DNA from: Candidatus Bathyarchaeota archaeon | GTDB taxonomy: Archaea; Thermoproteota; Bathyarchaeia; Bathyarchaeales; Bathycorpusculaceae | NCBI GenBank assembly: GCA_963767735.1 | Contig: CAVYES010000008.1 | Location: forward strand, 32,001-96,000 | Length of the DNA stretch: 64,000 bases | Direction: 5' to 3' | Shown here: positions 42,004-51,486 of the stretch, piece by piece | Layout of the letters: each line of letters opens with the position of its first letter | How positions within the stretch are numbered: the stretch's first letter is position 1 | Notes under the pieces: generated by a model | Seen by the model: only the letters and a program-made list of their open reading frames with translations | Told to the model about the DNA's origin: nothing | The model's database searches: none | Translations under genes and position numbers: made by a program

Positions 42004-43056
42004 CTATCTCGAAATAGTGATTTGCTGAGGCAGCGTTTGCATTCCAAGCGCTTCTCCGACAATGTAGTAACTCCCAGGTGATGCATGAAAAACCGGGCAT
42101 GACAAAGTGGGAACAAGAAGGCAAGGGCTAGCGCTTAAAGAGTTCAAATTGCAAACCTGATCCCACTCGAAACTCTGAGTGAAACTTGCACCTAGCAACA
42201 GGGAAACCTCCATGGCGAACATTGGAAAAGCCTTTCCTAAAGAATCCCGATATATTATTCCTGTGCTATTGTAAACTATGTAATCAAAACAATCGCCTGT
42301 ATAGGTGAAATCAATGGTTTTGTCGCTAACGTTGTTTATGCTTAAGGTAAAATCAACGGGTTCGCCAAGCGTATAATCGGTTTGTGCAGTAGATAGCGTT
42401 AGCGTTAATCCACCATCATGAATAAAAGGCGTTGGACCAGTCCAGTAGGCTATGTAAGCACTCATAAAAGCAAAGAAGTCGGCTGTCGTTATCGCGCCGT
42501 CATGCTCAAAATCAGCGGCTGGATTATACTGATTCTCACTATAATAGCTGATATAATCGTCCATGAACGCAAAAAAGCTTGTTGAATCGACTTCCCCTTG
42601 GCCGGTCAAATCACCGGGGCAAGTCAATAGTAACGTGCTACCCGTGCAAGTTTCACTTGTGATGCTGGTTTCTTCCGCAACAGGCCAAACTGTGGCACTT
42701 AAAACATAGTTGCCTAAGGCGAAACCAGTGGTGTTCCACACTGTTGATGCAACAGTTGAGCTTTCGCTCTGCAAAGTAATAGTTTGAGTACTGATTGTGA
42801 TACCGTTAACGGAAAATGTTACGTCAAAACTAACAGGTGAGGAACCAGAATTCTCGATATTACATGTTAGGGTTGCTGGAAATCCTTGTTCAACGAAAGA
42901 CTGAGAGCAGGTTACTCCTGTAGGCACTATATTATTTACAGTGTTTCCGCTTGACCCATCAAGTTGGGCGTCGGCCCAGAGTTTTGTCTCAGAAAACGGT
43001 AAGAGAACGCTTGCTACAAGAACAATCATAAGAAGCACGCATAGGTATTTTTTCAA
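42004..43056 (-). CDS. Secreted protein: CARDB-like, dockerin-like and BsuPI-like domains
   Basis: WNTTGFALGNYVLSA; GDLTGQGEVDSTSFF...AADFEHDGAITTADFF; YTLGEPVDFTLSINN...FDYIVY...GKAF...FEWDQ. Confidence 0.7.
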   Translation of the reverse strand: MKKYLCVLLMIVLVASVLLPFSETKLWADAQLDGSSGNTVNNIVPTGVTCSQSFVEQGFPATLTCNIENSGSSPVSFDVTFSVNGITISTQTITLQSESSTVASTVWNTTGFALGNYVLSATVWPVAEETSITSETCTGSTLLLTCPGDLTGQGEVDSTSFFAFMDDYISYYSENQYNPAADFEHDGAITTADFFAFMSAYIAYWTGPTPFIHDGGLTLTLSTAQTDYTLGEPVDFTLSINNVSDKTIDFTYTGDCFDYIVYNSTGIIYRDSLGKAFPMFAMEVSLLLGASFTQSFEWDQVCNLNSLSASPCLLVPTLSCPVFHASPGSYYIVGEALGMQTLPQQITISR

Positions 43057-43300
43057 AGCGCTTACGCCCTAGAGAATATTGTTGCAGAAAAAGTATTTGA
43101 TGCTTACCAACATATAACATGAGGGGTCCAATAGTTTGGGTGGAAACTATTTAGAGACTTTTTGTCCTTTGAATCTGGAGCGCACTCCTATAATTGGCCA
43201 GGATATTGTTAAGTTAAGTTACCCAAGATAGAAACGTTTTAGAATATATAGGATAAATTAAAAAGTAAAGTTGTTTGCTTATTATTAAAATAGACTTACG

Positions 43301-43942
43301 ATGATGATTAAATACCCAAAGACAATAATTGTTGCCCTTGTTTTTCTAATTCTTGGTTTAATCATTTTCTTGCCCAGCCTAGTGTCAACACTTGCGGCAA
43401 GTAGCCAGATGAACAATATAACAAGTCAAGTAAATGCCTTAGATAGCCACTACGCTAACCTTCACCCCGACTGGAACCAAACTACTACGGACAATTACGT
43501 TTTTAACCAATATTTTTCTTCTCTTTTTCTTCCCTATATGGTTGCTCAACAGTCATTTTCACAGGGTATTCAAGGTATCGAGTTTAGCGCAGTATTATTT
43601 GGTGTTTCAACTGTTTTATTTGTAACCAGATTTGCCCTGATTAGAATCAAAAGCAAACAGATAGCCAACGTTATTCTTCTCAATGTATGTTTATGCGTTG
43701 TTTACGTTGTTTCTTCTATTTTTGTTTGGTCATATGCGAATGAAGTAGCGAATAACAGCGTTAAACTATATTGGAACCCTATAGAAATAGTGCCACAACA
43801 GACTCCGTTCTTAAACAGTTCAGTATACTTTGCGACTTTTTTGAATCTGCCATTCATAACTTTTTGGTTAATTCCCATCGCCAACCTGTATTATTTTTCC
43901 AGAATAATAAGAGAAAAAAATCGCCAAACTACTGAACCTTAA
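43301..43942 (+). CDS. Hypothetical membrane protein
   Basis: About 4 hydrophobic segments, AT-rich. Confidence 0.65.
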   Translation: MMIKYPKTIIVALVFLILGLIIFLPSLVSTLAASSQMNNITSQVNALDSHYANLHPDWNQTTTDNYVFNQYFSSLFLPYMVAQQSFSQGIQGIEFSAVLFGVSTVLFVTRFALIRIKSKQIANVILLNVCLCVVYVVSSIFVWSYANEVANNSVKLYWNPIEIVPQQTPFLNSSVYFATFLNLPFITFWLIPIANLYYFSRIIREKNRQTTEP

Positions 43943-44147
43943 ACCTTTATTTAACTTTCTTTTCATATTCCTCTTCTGTTATGCGCTTGTTATGCGCTCT
44001 TCCAGAACCAAAAGTACTATTATCCAAATATTCGCATTTTTTAAATTCAGTTTCTTATTCAAAATGATTAAGATTTTTCTGTAAGTTTTAGACATAAAAA
44101 ATGCGTCCAAAAAGTACGGCAAGACAAAAAATGAATCTGTCAAGAAA

Positions 44148-44240
44148 CAGTCGCGACATTGCGACATCGAAAATGTGTTTTAAAACTGAAAAATGATTTT
44201 GAAAAATAATTGAGTTTTTCAATTCTCAACTTCGCAACTG
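44148..44240. repeat. 93-bp element with imperfect terminal inverted repeats, copy 1
   Basis: CAGTCGCGACATTGCGA...TTCGCAACTG; about 80% identical by eye to 46761-46852. Confidence 0.7.
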
Positions 44241-44304
44241 ATCGCCCGCAATTCTTTCTTTCTTTTTTGGCAATCGAAATTGGGAAAAGAGCAATTAAAA
44301 TAAG

Positions 44305-46437
44305 TTAGTTGGTGTGTCCTGTGAGCGATTCTCCGTATGCTATATAATAACTCATGAATAGGAAGAAGTCCACATTGTCAATTTTTCCGTCATGATTCAA
44401 ATCGCAAGCCGCGGTGTAAACACCGTTAGCGTTGTACTGAATATACGCATCCATCCAAAAGAAGAAGTCACTTGCATCAACCTTACCATTATTGAAAAAG
44501 TCAATGGCCGTCCATTGGAGGCTGCTCCGCGCGACCACATAAACTGATGCATTCACGACTTGGAAGGCAATACTGCTGATTCCCTGATCACCGTCGCCTG
44601 AGGATGGGGCAATTATAGTATTGAGTGGATCAATAGTTATGTTGGCGTTTCCTATGCCTATTGCTTGAAACTCGAGCGTAAAAAGAACCCCTGAGCCGCT
44701 TGCGGCTGCTATTCTGCCAAGAGCATCGCCTACTCCTCCTTCGATTGTGCCGGCTGTATTATTTATAAGCCCGACCAAGAAGAAAGTATTGCCTGCCTGA
44801 TCAAGGTAAGGTCCCTCAGTTACTTTTAGCAATTTAAGAACGCCAGGCGTCCAATCTAAGTACACAACGTAACCCCAAACGGAGTATGCTTCACCTATCC
44901 TAACGTCAACATTGATTAATGTACCATTGAATGCGGCAATGTCCGAATTCAAGGTCCCTGACTGAACAACGCTAATCTGGGTCGGAAGACTTGCATTTAA
45001 CAATTCTAAACTAACAGTCTGGTTGCTAGGCACATTATTCGTATCTCCACTGTAAATCGCTGTAATCAACACTTTCCCTGGGTTAGCGTCAATGTATGTA
45101 GTGGATGATGTTCCAGAGTTCAGAGTAGTAATGTCAGAACTAAAAGTTCCTGAGCCGCTGCTGGTTTTCCAAGTTATAGTACCGGTTGGATTTGCGCCTG
45201 ATACCTTCACTATGCATATGACGGAGCTTCCAGCTGAAGCAGAATTTGAGCTGAGGTTAAGGCTTGTTAAAGATCCATATGAACAAAAAGAGTAAAGGTT
45301 GCCATCCGAGGAGCCTACATAAAGATTTCCATTGGCAAAGGCGGCAGATGTTGGATTGGCAATCTGGTAAACCCTTAACTCATTTCCGCTTGTCGCATTC
45401 AAGACGTAAAGATTTTCAGTTGAACCAATGTAAACTGCACCCGAAACTACTGCCGGAGAATCGAGTATAGCATTACCAGTGGTTTGATAACTCCATATTA
45501 CGCTACCTGATTTAGCGTTCAAAGCATAAACGTTGCCGTCTTCCGAGCCCGCATAAACAATCCCGTTCGCAAATGCGGGAGACGAGAGCACTGGACCTTT
45601 GGCTTGATAATTCCAAAGTTCTATGCCAGTTGTCGCATTTAATGCATAGACATGACTGTCGTCTGAACCGAAATAAACGACTCCGCTGTCAACTGCTGGT
45701 GTGTAAACCCAACCGCCGGACGTGAAATTCCAGAGGCTTTTACCATTTGAAGCATTCAAAGCGTACAAGTTATCATTAAATCCGCCAAAATAAACAAACC
45801 CATTGTCTACAGCGGGAGATGTGGGGCTAGCATAAGTAGTCAGTGGGGTCGTATCATAGCCCCAGATCTTGTTCCCTGTTGTCGAATTCAAAGCATACAT
45901 GATTCCATCATAAGAGCCAACGTAGATTATGCCTGAAGCAACTGTTGGAGAAGAATCTATAGCTTCGCCTGTTTGGTAACTCCAGATTTCGCTGCCAGTA
46001 GAAGCGTTCAAAGCGTATATGTTGCCGTTGCTGCTACCGACATAAACTACAGAATTATCCACGGCTGGACTGGATTCAATTACGTCGCCAGGCGCGCCTG
46101 TTGCGTAATTCCATATTTTATTACCTGTCGACGAATTCACAGCATATACGTTATCATCAAGTGAGCCAACGAACACAGCCCCATAGGCGATTACTGGAGC
46201 CCCCCATATTTGGTTTTGTGTTTTAAATTGCCATTGAGATTGATTGGCGGCTGTAACATCAGACAGTAAGTAGCCTGTATGGCTTGGGTCATGTTGGAAC
46301 ATAGGCCAAGAGTTTTGGTCGCTGTTTGAGTTGCTGCTTTGAGCGTTATCGTCAGCTTTTGCTTTCGGCAAAAGCGCAGTGAATATTGATACACACATAA
46401 TTGCAATTAGCATTATCGCTATCGCTGTTTTCTTCAC
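44305..46437 (-). CDS. Secreted PQQ-like beta-propeller plus Ig, cohesin-like and dockerin-like domains
   Basis: WPMFQHD and propeller repeats; VWGYVVYLDWTPGVLKLLKVTEGPYL...SGSGVLFTLEF; DFFNNGKVDASD...CDLNHDGKIDNVD; start placed at GTG 46437. Confidence 0.85.
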   Translation of the reverse strand: MKKTAIAIMLIAIMCVSIFTALLPKAKADDNAQSSNSNSDQNSWPMFQHDPSHTGYLLSDVTAANQSQWQFKTQNQIWGAPVIAYGAVFVGSLDDNVYAVNSSTGNKIWNYATGAPGDVIESSPAVDNSVVYVGSSNGNIYALNASTGSEIWSYQTGEAIDSSPTVASGIIYVGSYDGIMYALNSTTGNKIWGYDTTPLTTYASPTSPAVDNGFVYFGGFNDNLYALNASNGKSLWNFTSGGWVYTPAVDSGVVYFGSDDSHVYALNATTGIELWNYQAKGPVLSSPAFANGIVYAGSEDGNVYALNAKSGSVIWSYQTTGNAILDSPAVVSGAVYIGSTENLYVLNATSGNELRVYQIANPTSAAFANGNLYVGSSDGNLYSFCSYGSLTSLNLSSNSASAGSSVICIVKVSGANPTGTITWKTSSGSGTFSSDITTLNSGTSSTTYIDANPGKVLITAIYSGDTNNVPSNQTVSLELLNASLPTQISVVQSGTLNSDIAAFNGTLINVDVRIGEAYSVWGYVVYLDWTPGVLKLLKVTEGPYLDQAGNTFFLVGLINNTAGTIEGGVGDALGRIAAASGSGVLFTLEFQAIGIGNANITIDPLNTIIAPSSGDGDQGISSIAFQVVNASVYVVARSSLQWTAIDFFNNGKVDASDFFFWMDAYIQYNANGVYTAACDLNHDGKIDNVDFFLFMSYYIAYGESLTGHTN

Positions 46438-46760
46438 TGTTTCTTTCTCCAACAAGCAATCGATTATACAAAAAATAGTATTTGACACCTTTCGCTTTAG
46501 AAAACATAGACAAAGCTGCAAAATTATAGGGCTATTTAGCTGATAAAAGAAGAGCGCTGCCTTGTCGAGAGTGTGTGAAAAGTCTCTTATTTTGCTGACT
46601 GGTTACCGTTAGCCTTAAATCTAGACTAGCTTCACAGCAAATGGAAGAGAAGTTGAAAAGCCATGAGCGAACATGTAGAAGGTCTAAGCAGAAACCAGAC
46701 AGCCCTCTTCCGGTTAAAAAATAAAAGGTTTGTTTGAGGAACTGCAAGGAATAATGTTAA

Positions 46761-46852
46761 CAGTGCAACATTGCGACATTGAAAAGGGTTTTTAAAAATG
46801 AAAAACGATTTTAAGAAATATTTACGTTTTTCAGTTCGCGAAGTCGCGACTG
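46761..46852. repeat. 92-bp element with imperfect terminal inverted repeats, copy 2
   Basis: CAGTGCAACATTGCGA...AAGTCGCGACTG. Confidence 0.7.
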
Positions 46853-47209
46853 AAACTATGTCAAACGTTCACTTCATTGCCCCAAGTTGAAAGATTGAAA
46901 ACGCGCGCGCTTGATGAAGGAAAAGTCACCATCACTGTAATCATAAAATGGTGTTTATGTAATGGTACTTTCCCCTCACCGTGCCTTCTCGCTTTCTCCT
47001 GGGTTTAATTAAGAACGCTATCACTATATGATATTTGCCGCTATAGAAAATATTGAGCAAATAGTTTTTTCGAATCTATTTAGTACGCATATCCATTGGA
47101 AAATACCAATGGATTGGTCGCTATTTAGCAATAATGTTAACGCTTAGTTTTTTATTCAGTTTAGAGTAAGATTTGAAACAGCCAAAAAAGCCGGCGCTTT
47201 TAGGTCATT

Positions 47210-47335
47210 TTAGCAATCTATTAGATGCGCTGTTCCGTCGGGACAGTAACATTTGTCTCCAACATTGGCTTTGGCAAAGCGTCGTTTGCATTCGTATAAT
47301 CGTTTCCCGCAGCCATTGCAATCTCGACTAAGCAT
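47210..47335 (-). CDS. 41-aa Cys-rich microprotein
   Basis: Manual translation MLSRDCNGCGKRLYECKRRFAKANVGDKCYCPDGTAHLIDC. Confidence 0.55.
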   Translation of the reverse strand: MLSRDCNGCGKRLYECKRRFAKANVGDKCYCPDGTAHLIDC

Positions 47336-47643
47336 TTTGTTTCTTCATCCTTAAGATTCAATCGACAATAATCATTAATGAAAGAGATAAAACTATTCTA
47401 TGAATACAATATAGGGATACTATATTTCGTTAGGCTTGCAAACTTGCGCACTTCAGATAATATTGATTTTAATGATAAGTAAAGCAAAATCTTGCTCTGT
47501 AACACGCCAGTTTAAACCAGAGTTTTCGCAGAAACATTGCGGTAGAAACGAGCCAACCTCGAAGTCTTGCTATATAGATAATAATCTTGTTGTTAGATTA
47601 TGCAGCAAGACTTTATTTATGCAATTTAAGTAAGCAGATAAAC

Positions 47644-47751
47644 ATGGGCACCTGTACAATGCGTGAATCCCCGTGCAAGTGCGGGGGCAGATGGTTCAAG
47701 TCAGAAGCGGATGGTACGCGCAGATGCATTAAATGCGGCCAACCCAGATAA
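47644..47751 (+). CDS. 35-aa zinc-finger microprotein
   Basis: Manual translation MGTCTMRESPCKCGGRWFKSEADGTRRCIKCGQPR. Confidence 0.5.
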   Translation: MGTCTMRESPCKCGGRWFKSEADGTRRCIKCGQPR

Positions 47752-47940
47752 AAGCCAGCAGATAATAAACTCCTCTTTAAAGCAAACTTTTCAAGGTCAG
47801 AAATTGTTTTAGCCATGCCATTTATAGCGTTTTTGCTTTGAAGGAGTATAGAACCAAAGCGTTTTCTATATAGTTAATACAATCTACCAAGGTATTTCTT
47901 AAGTTTGAGAAAGTTCAAACATAGTATGGGAAGAGGAACG

Positions 47941-48165
47941 ATGCAAAAAATCAGCAGTTCAATAATCTTTACGTGCCCAGGATGCAAAGAAGCCTTCGAA
48001 TTCGATCCTGTTGATGAATACCAATTAGTCTTCTGCCCAATCTGCGGCAGCAACTTCATGACCATCCGAAAAAACGGCACATTACTGCTTGAATCCTTTG
48101 AGTTTAACCCAAATGAAACTTCCCATCTGGTCGAACTAAGTGAGGTGACAATGGTTGAAAGTTAA
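47941..48165 (+). CDS. Small CPxCG zinc-ribbon protein (LysW-like fold)
   Basis: CPGC...VFCPICG; no C-terminal EDWGE. Confidence 0.7.
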   Translation: MQKISSSIIFTCPGCKEAFEFDPVDEYQLVFCPICGSNFMTIRKNGTLLLESFEFNPNETSHLVELSEVTMVES

Positions 48166-48310
48166 ATGCGTAGGCTGCGAAAGAAAATTTGATGTTTCTC
48201 CAGAAAACTTTTCAAACTATGAAATAGTCTTCTGCCCAATCTGCGGATTAGACTATCGAGTCATCAAGAAAACAAGCAACGTTATAATAAAATCAATACA
48301 ATACGCATAA
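48155..48310 (+). CDS. Small CPxCG zinc-ribbon protein, paralogue of the preceding gene
   Basis: Manual translation from TTG after GAGGTG: MKVKCVGCERKFDVSPENFSNYEIVFCPICGLDYRVIKKTSNVIIKSIQYA. Confidence 0.7.
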   Translation: MKVKCVGCERKFDVSPENFSNYEIVFCPICGLDYRVIKKTSNVIIKSIQYA

Positions 48311-48428
48311 ATCAAAAATAAACAACCATAATTTCTTAATTTTTCGATCCCTACGCTCATGTTCAAGAGCTTTTCTGACCTCAAAAAAATACGCAAGCTT
48401 TTAACTCTCAATAGCTTTCTTTGTTTTT

Positions 48429-48959
48429 ATGAAAGAACTGGAAGTCAAAATTTTAGAGGTTAACAGGTTAAAGATTGAAGAAATCCTCATCAGTTTGGGT
48501 GCCAAAAAAGTTTTCGACGGTGAGATCCAAACTTTGCTTTTTGACTTTAAAGATGGCTCAATAATTAAAGCAAAAAACGTGTTGCGCTTAAGGAAAGAAC
48601 AAGATAAGATCGAATTAACCTTCAAAAAAGTTCACATCACAGAAACAGCCAAACTAGCGGAAGAATATACTGTAGAAGTATCAAATCTGGAAACTATGAA
48701 GAAAATCTTGGAAAACGTAGGCTTATCCATTATCGAAAACATGACAAAACACAGAGTAAGCTACAAAATCGATAATACACGATTTGATATTGATCATTAC
48801 ACGGGTAACTACGGATACATCCCTGAGTTTATGGAAATCGAATCGGAAAACAGTGATTTGATCCATAAATACGCTGCTCTTTTAGGATTCCAAGCCAAAG
48901 ACTGCCTGCCATGGTCAACTGACGAATTAATCCGCCACTATTCCTCAAAAAAAACCTAA
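48429..48959 (+). CDS. CYTH-domain (triphosphate tunnel / class IV adenylate cyclase-like) protein
   Basis: ELEVK, LRLR, LTFK, KHRVSY, FMEIE. Confidence 0.9.
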   Translation: MKELEVKILEVNRLKIEEILISLGAKKVFDGEIQTLLFDFKDGSIIKAKNVLRLRKEQDKIELTFKKVHITETAKLAEEYTVEVSNLETMKKILENVGLSIIENMTKHRVSYKIDNTRFDIDHYTGNYGYIPEFMEIESENSDLIHKYAALLGFQAKDCLPWSTDELIRHYSSKKT

Positions 48960-49341
48960 GCCCACTAATAAAAAATCCATTGTCCTAAATGCAAGATGCG
49001 GTATTTGTTTAGGAGGAGGAAGCTCTCCAAGCGCAATGCATGAGGTTGCTTCTCTTACTATATAGCCTATTTATAACTATATATTCTATTTTCGGAGTCC
49101 TTTAATGATAACTTCTTCAATTGAAACAGAGGTAACGCCAAATGCACCGAAAAGTTCCCCTCTTCGAATATGAGACGTTTGCAGTCCGCAAAACAAAATG
49201 CATCGAAACTCAGGATTTGCCCAGGAAGCGCGACCGCTGAAGGCAAATAACACAGCCCAGCGAAAAATTGTTTTTCACACAGATCGATTGATAAGTTACA
49301 AACTCCATTTTATAGCCCAAAGTAACCCATCTCCAAAATAA

Positions 49342-51486
49342 ATGAAAACCCAAGAGGTAAAACCCTTGACAGCCTCAAATACCCTTGATTCAGAAGCAAA
49401 CAATGCCTTGAGCCAGAAAAAACTCTTAGACAACCCAAACTACTACATTAACAGAGAACTCAGCTGGATAAGATTTAACAAACGAGTCCTTGAAGAAGCA
49501 CAAGACCAGTGGCATCCCCTGCTGGAAAGGGTAAAATTCATTGCCATCTGCGGCAGCAACCTTGATGAATTCTTCATGACACGAGTACCTAGGCTCATGA
49601 AAAAAATCAAGGCGGGTTCCGACGAAAAATCGATGGATGGAATGACAGCCATAGAGCAGATTGAGGCTACAAGAAAAGAGATAATGCCCTTAGTCGAAAA
49701 GCATGCTGCTTGCTGGCGAAACGAACTTCTTCCCGCTTTAGCAAAAGAAAAAATCTACATTTGGAAATTTAACCAATTAGGAGAAAAAGAGAAAAAAAAC
49801 CTGCGTGACTTCTTCCAGCAATCTATTCTTCCACTCGTAAAAACGCATAAGGAAGGCCTAAATGACCCTGCAGCTGAGAATCTTCACGTCACACTCTACG
49901 TATCAGGCTTCACTAACCAAGATTTTTACAGCTTAGTGGATGTCCCAACCGAAGATTTTGGAAGGCTGATTAGAATCCCAAAAAGCGTTTACAGCCAAGA
50001 AGTAGAATATAACTTTGTCTTTGTTGAAGATATAATGGTAAACAATTTAGACCTAATTTTCCCAAATGAAAAAAACTTGACGGCATATCAGTTTAGGCTT
50101 ACACGCAATGGAGAAATAAACATTCTAATGGATGAGTCAGCAGACTTCCTCAGTTCTGTAAAGAAGAGTCTGTCGACCAGAAAAGCTGGGTTCCCAAGCA
50201 GGCTAGAATTTGAAAGGAAAGTGCCAGAAACCATTAAAGAAGACATAGCTGAAGCCTTAGGCTTGCCAGAATACGTAACTTACGAGTTTGATGGACCACT
50301 TGGGTTAGTGGATCTATGGCAAATGCTTAAAATAAATCGCCCCGACCTTAAAGACAAAAGTTTCCTCCCCTGCATTTCGCCCCTTCTGACCCCTGAAAAA
50401 GATATGTTTGCAACCATCGACAAACAAGACTTCGTCCTATATCATCCCTACGACGGCTTTGAAGTAATCATTGACCTTCTAAAAGAGGCCGCCGAGGATA
50501 GTAATGTTTTGGAAATCTGCATAACAATGTACCGTATGGATCATAACTCTCCAATTGTTGGTGCATTAATTGAGGCGGCTGAGAAAGGCAAAAAAGTAAC
50601 TGCAATAGTTGAGCTGAAAGCTAAATTTGATGAAGAAAACAATATTCTTCTAGTTTCAAAACTTAGGCAAGGCGGAATAAATACCGTTTATAATTTTCCG
50701 AACTTTAAGGTTCATGCAAAACTCTGCTTAATTGTCAGGAAGGAAGAAGATAAAATTGTAAGATATTCGCACATCGGGTCAGGGAACTATAATGCGGTTA
50801 CAGCGAAAATTTACGGTGATATAGGTTACTTAACGTCAAACCCCGAAGTGGGGGCGGAACTTGAAGAGCTTTTCAACATTATTATAAATGGGCTTCAAGA
50901 AAAAGAATTCAAACACCTTCTTGTTGCCCCTAAAACGCTGAAGAGTGAAATTCTCGGTCGAATTGACAGGGAAATAAGTTTTCACCAAAAAACAGGCAAA
51001 GGCTACTTAGCTTTTAAACTTAACAACTTAGAGGAAACTGAAGTTATTCAAGCCTTATACAAGGCATCGATAGCTGGAATCAAGATTGACCTCAACGTCC
51101 GAGGTTTATGCTGCTTAAGACCTAGAATAAAAGGAATAAGCGATAACATTTCAGTGATATCTATAGTTGGACGCTTCCTTGAACACGCCCGAATCTATTA
51201 CTTCCATGATGATGCTCAAGAGGAAGTCCTTGTTGGCAGCTCAGACATGATGTTCAGAAATCTCAACGAAAGAGTTGAAGTCCTGATGTCAGTGCCAGAT
51301 CCACAGCTACGTCGCGCTATCCTTGAATATATGCTTAAAATCAGCCTTCACGACAACGTCAAAGCAAGAAGATTACTGCCGGATGGAACGTATGAGAGAG
51401 TAAAACCTAGAGAAGGCGAAAAAGCCCTCAACTCTCAAGCGTGGCTCATTCAGAACAGAGGCATTTGGAATGAACGTTCCAATTAA
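49342..51486 (+). CDS. ppk1: Polyphosphate kinase 1
   Basis: NRELSW..FNKRVL, NLDEFFM, YHPYD, ELKAKFDEENN, KVHAK, IVGRFLEHARI. Confidence 0.97.
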   Translation: MKTQEVKPLTASNTLDSEANNALSQKKLLDNPNYYINRELSWIRFNKRVLEEAQDQWHPLLERVKFIAICGSNLDEFFMTRVPRLMKKIKAGSDEKSMDGMTAIEQIEATRKEIMPLVEKHAACWRNELLPALAKEKIYIWKFNQLGEKEKKNLRDFFQQSILPLVKTHKEGLNDPAAENLHVTLYVSGFTNQDFYSLVDVPTEDFGRLIRIPKSVYSQEVEYNFVFVEDIMVNNLDLIFPNEKNLTAYQFRLTRNGEINILMDESADFLSSVKKSLSTRKAGFPSRLEFERKVPETIKEDIAEALGLPEYVTYEFDGPLGLVDLWQMLKINRPDLKDKSFLPCISPLLTPEKDMFATIDKQDFVLYHPYDGFEVIIDLLKEAAEDSNVLEICITMYRMDHNSPIVGALIEAAEKGKKVTAIVELKAKFDEENNILLVSKLRQGGINTVYNFPNFKVHAKLCLIVRKEEDKIVRYSHIGSGNYNAVTAKIYGDIGYLTSNPEVGAELEELFNIIINGLQEKEFKHLLVAPKTLKSEILGRIDREISFHQKTGKGYLAFKLNNLEETEVIQALYKASIAGIKIDLNVRGLCCLRPRIKGISDNISVISIVGRFLEHARIYYFHDDAQEEVLVGSSDMMFRNLNERVEVLMSVPDPQLRRAILEYMLKISLHDNVKARRLLPDGTYERVKPREGEKALNSQAWLIQNRGIWNERSN

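Noticed and set aside
13359-46437. A true cellulolytic cellulosome
   Set aside because: No glycoside hydrolase or other CAZyme catalytic domain is recognisable among the dockerin-bearing proteins here; they could lie elsewhere in the genome
44148-46852. Integron attC sites
   Set aside because: No RYYYAAC/GTTRRRY ends and no integron integrase
47941-48310. lysW genes
   Set aside because: No C-terminal EDWGE motif and no lys/arg biosynthesis genes nearby
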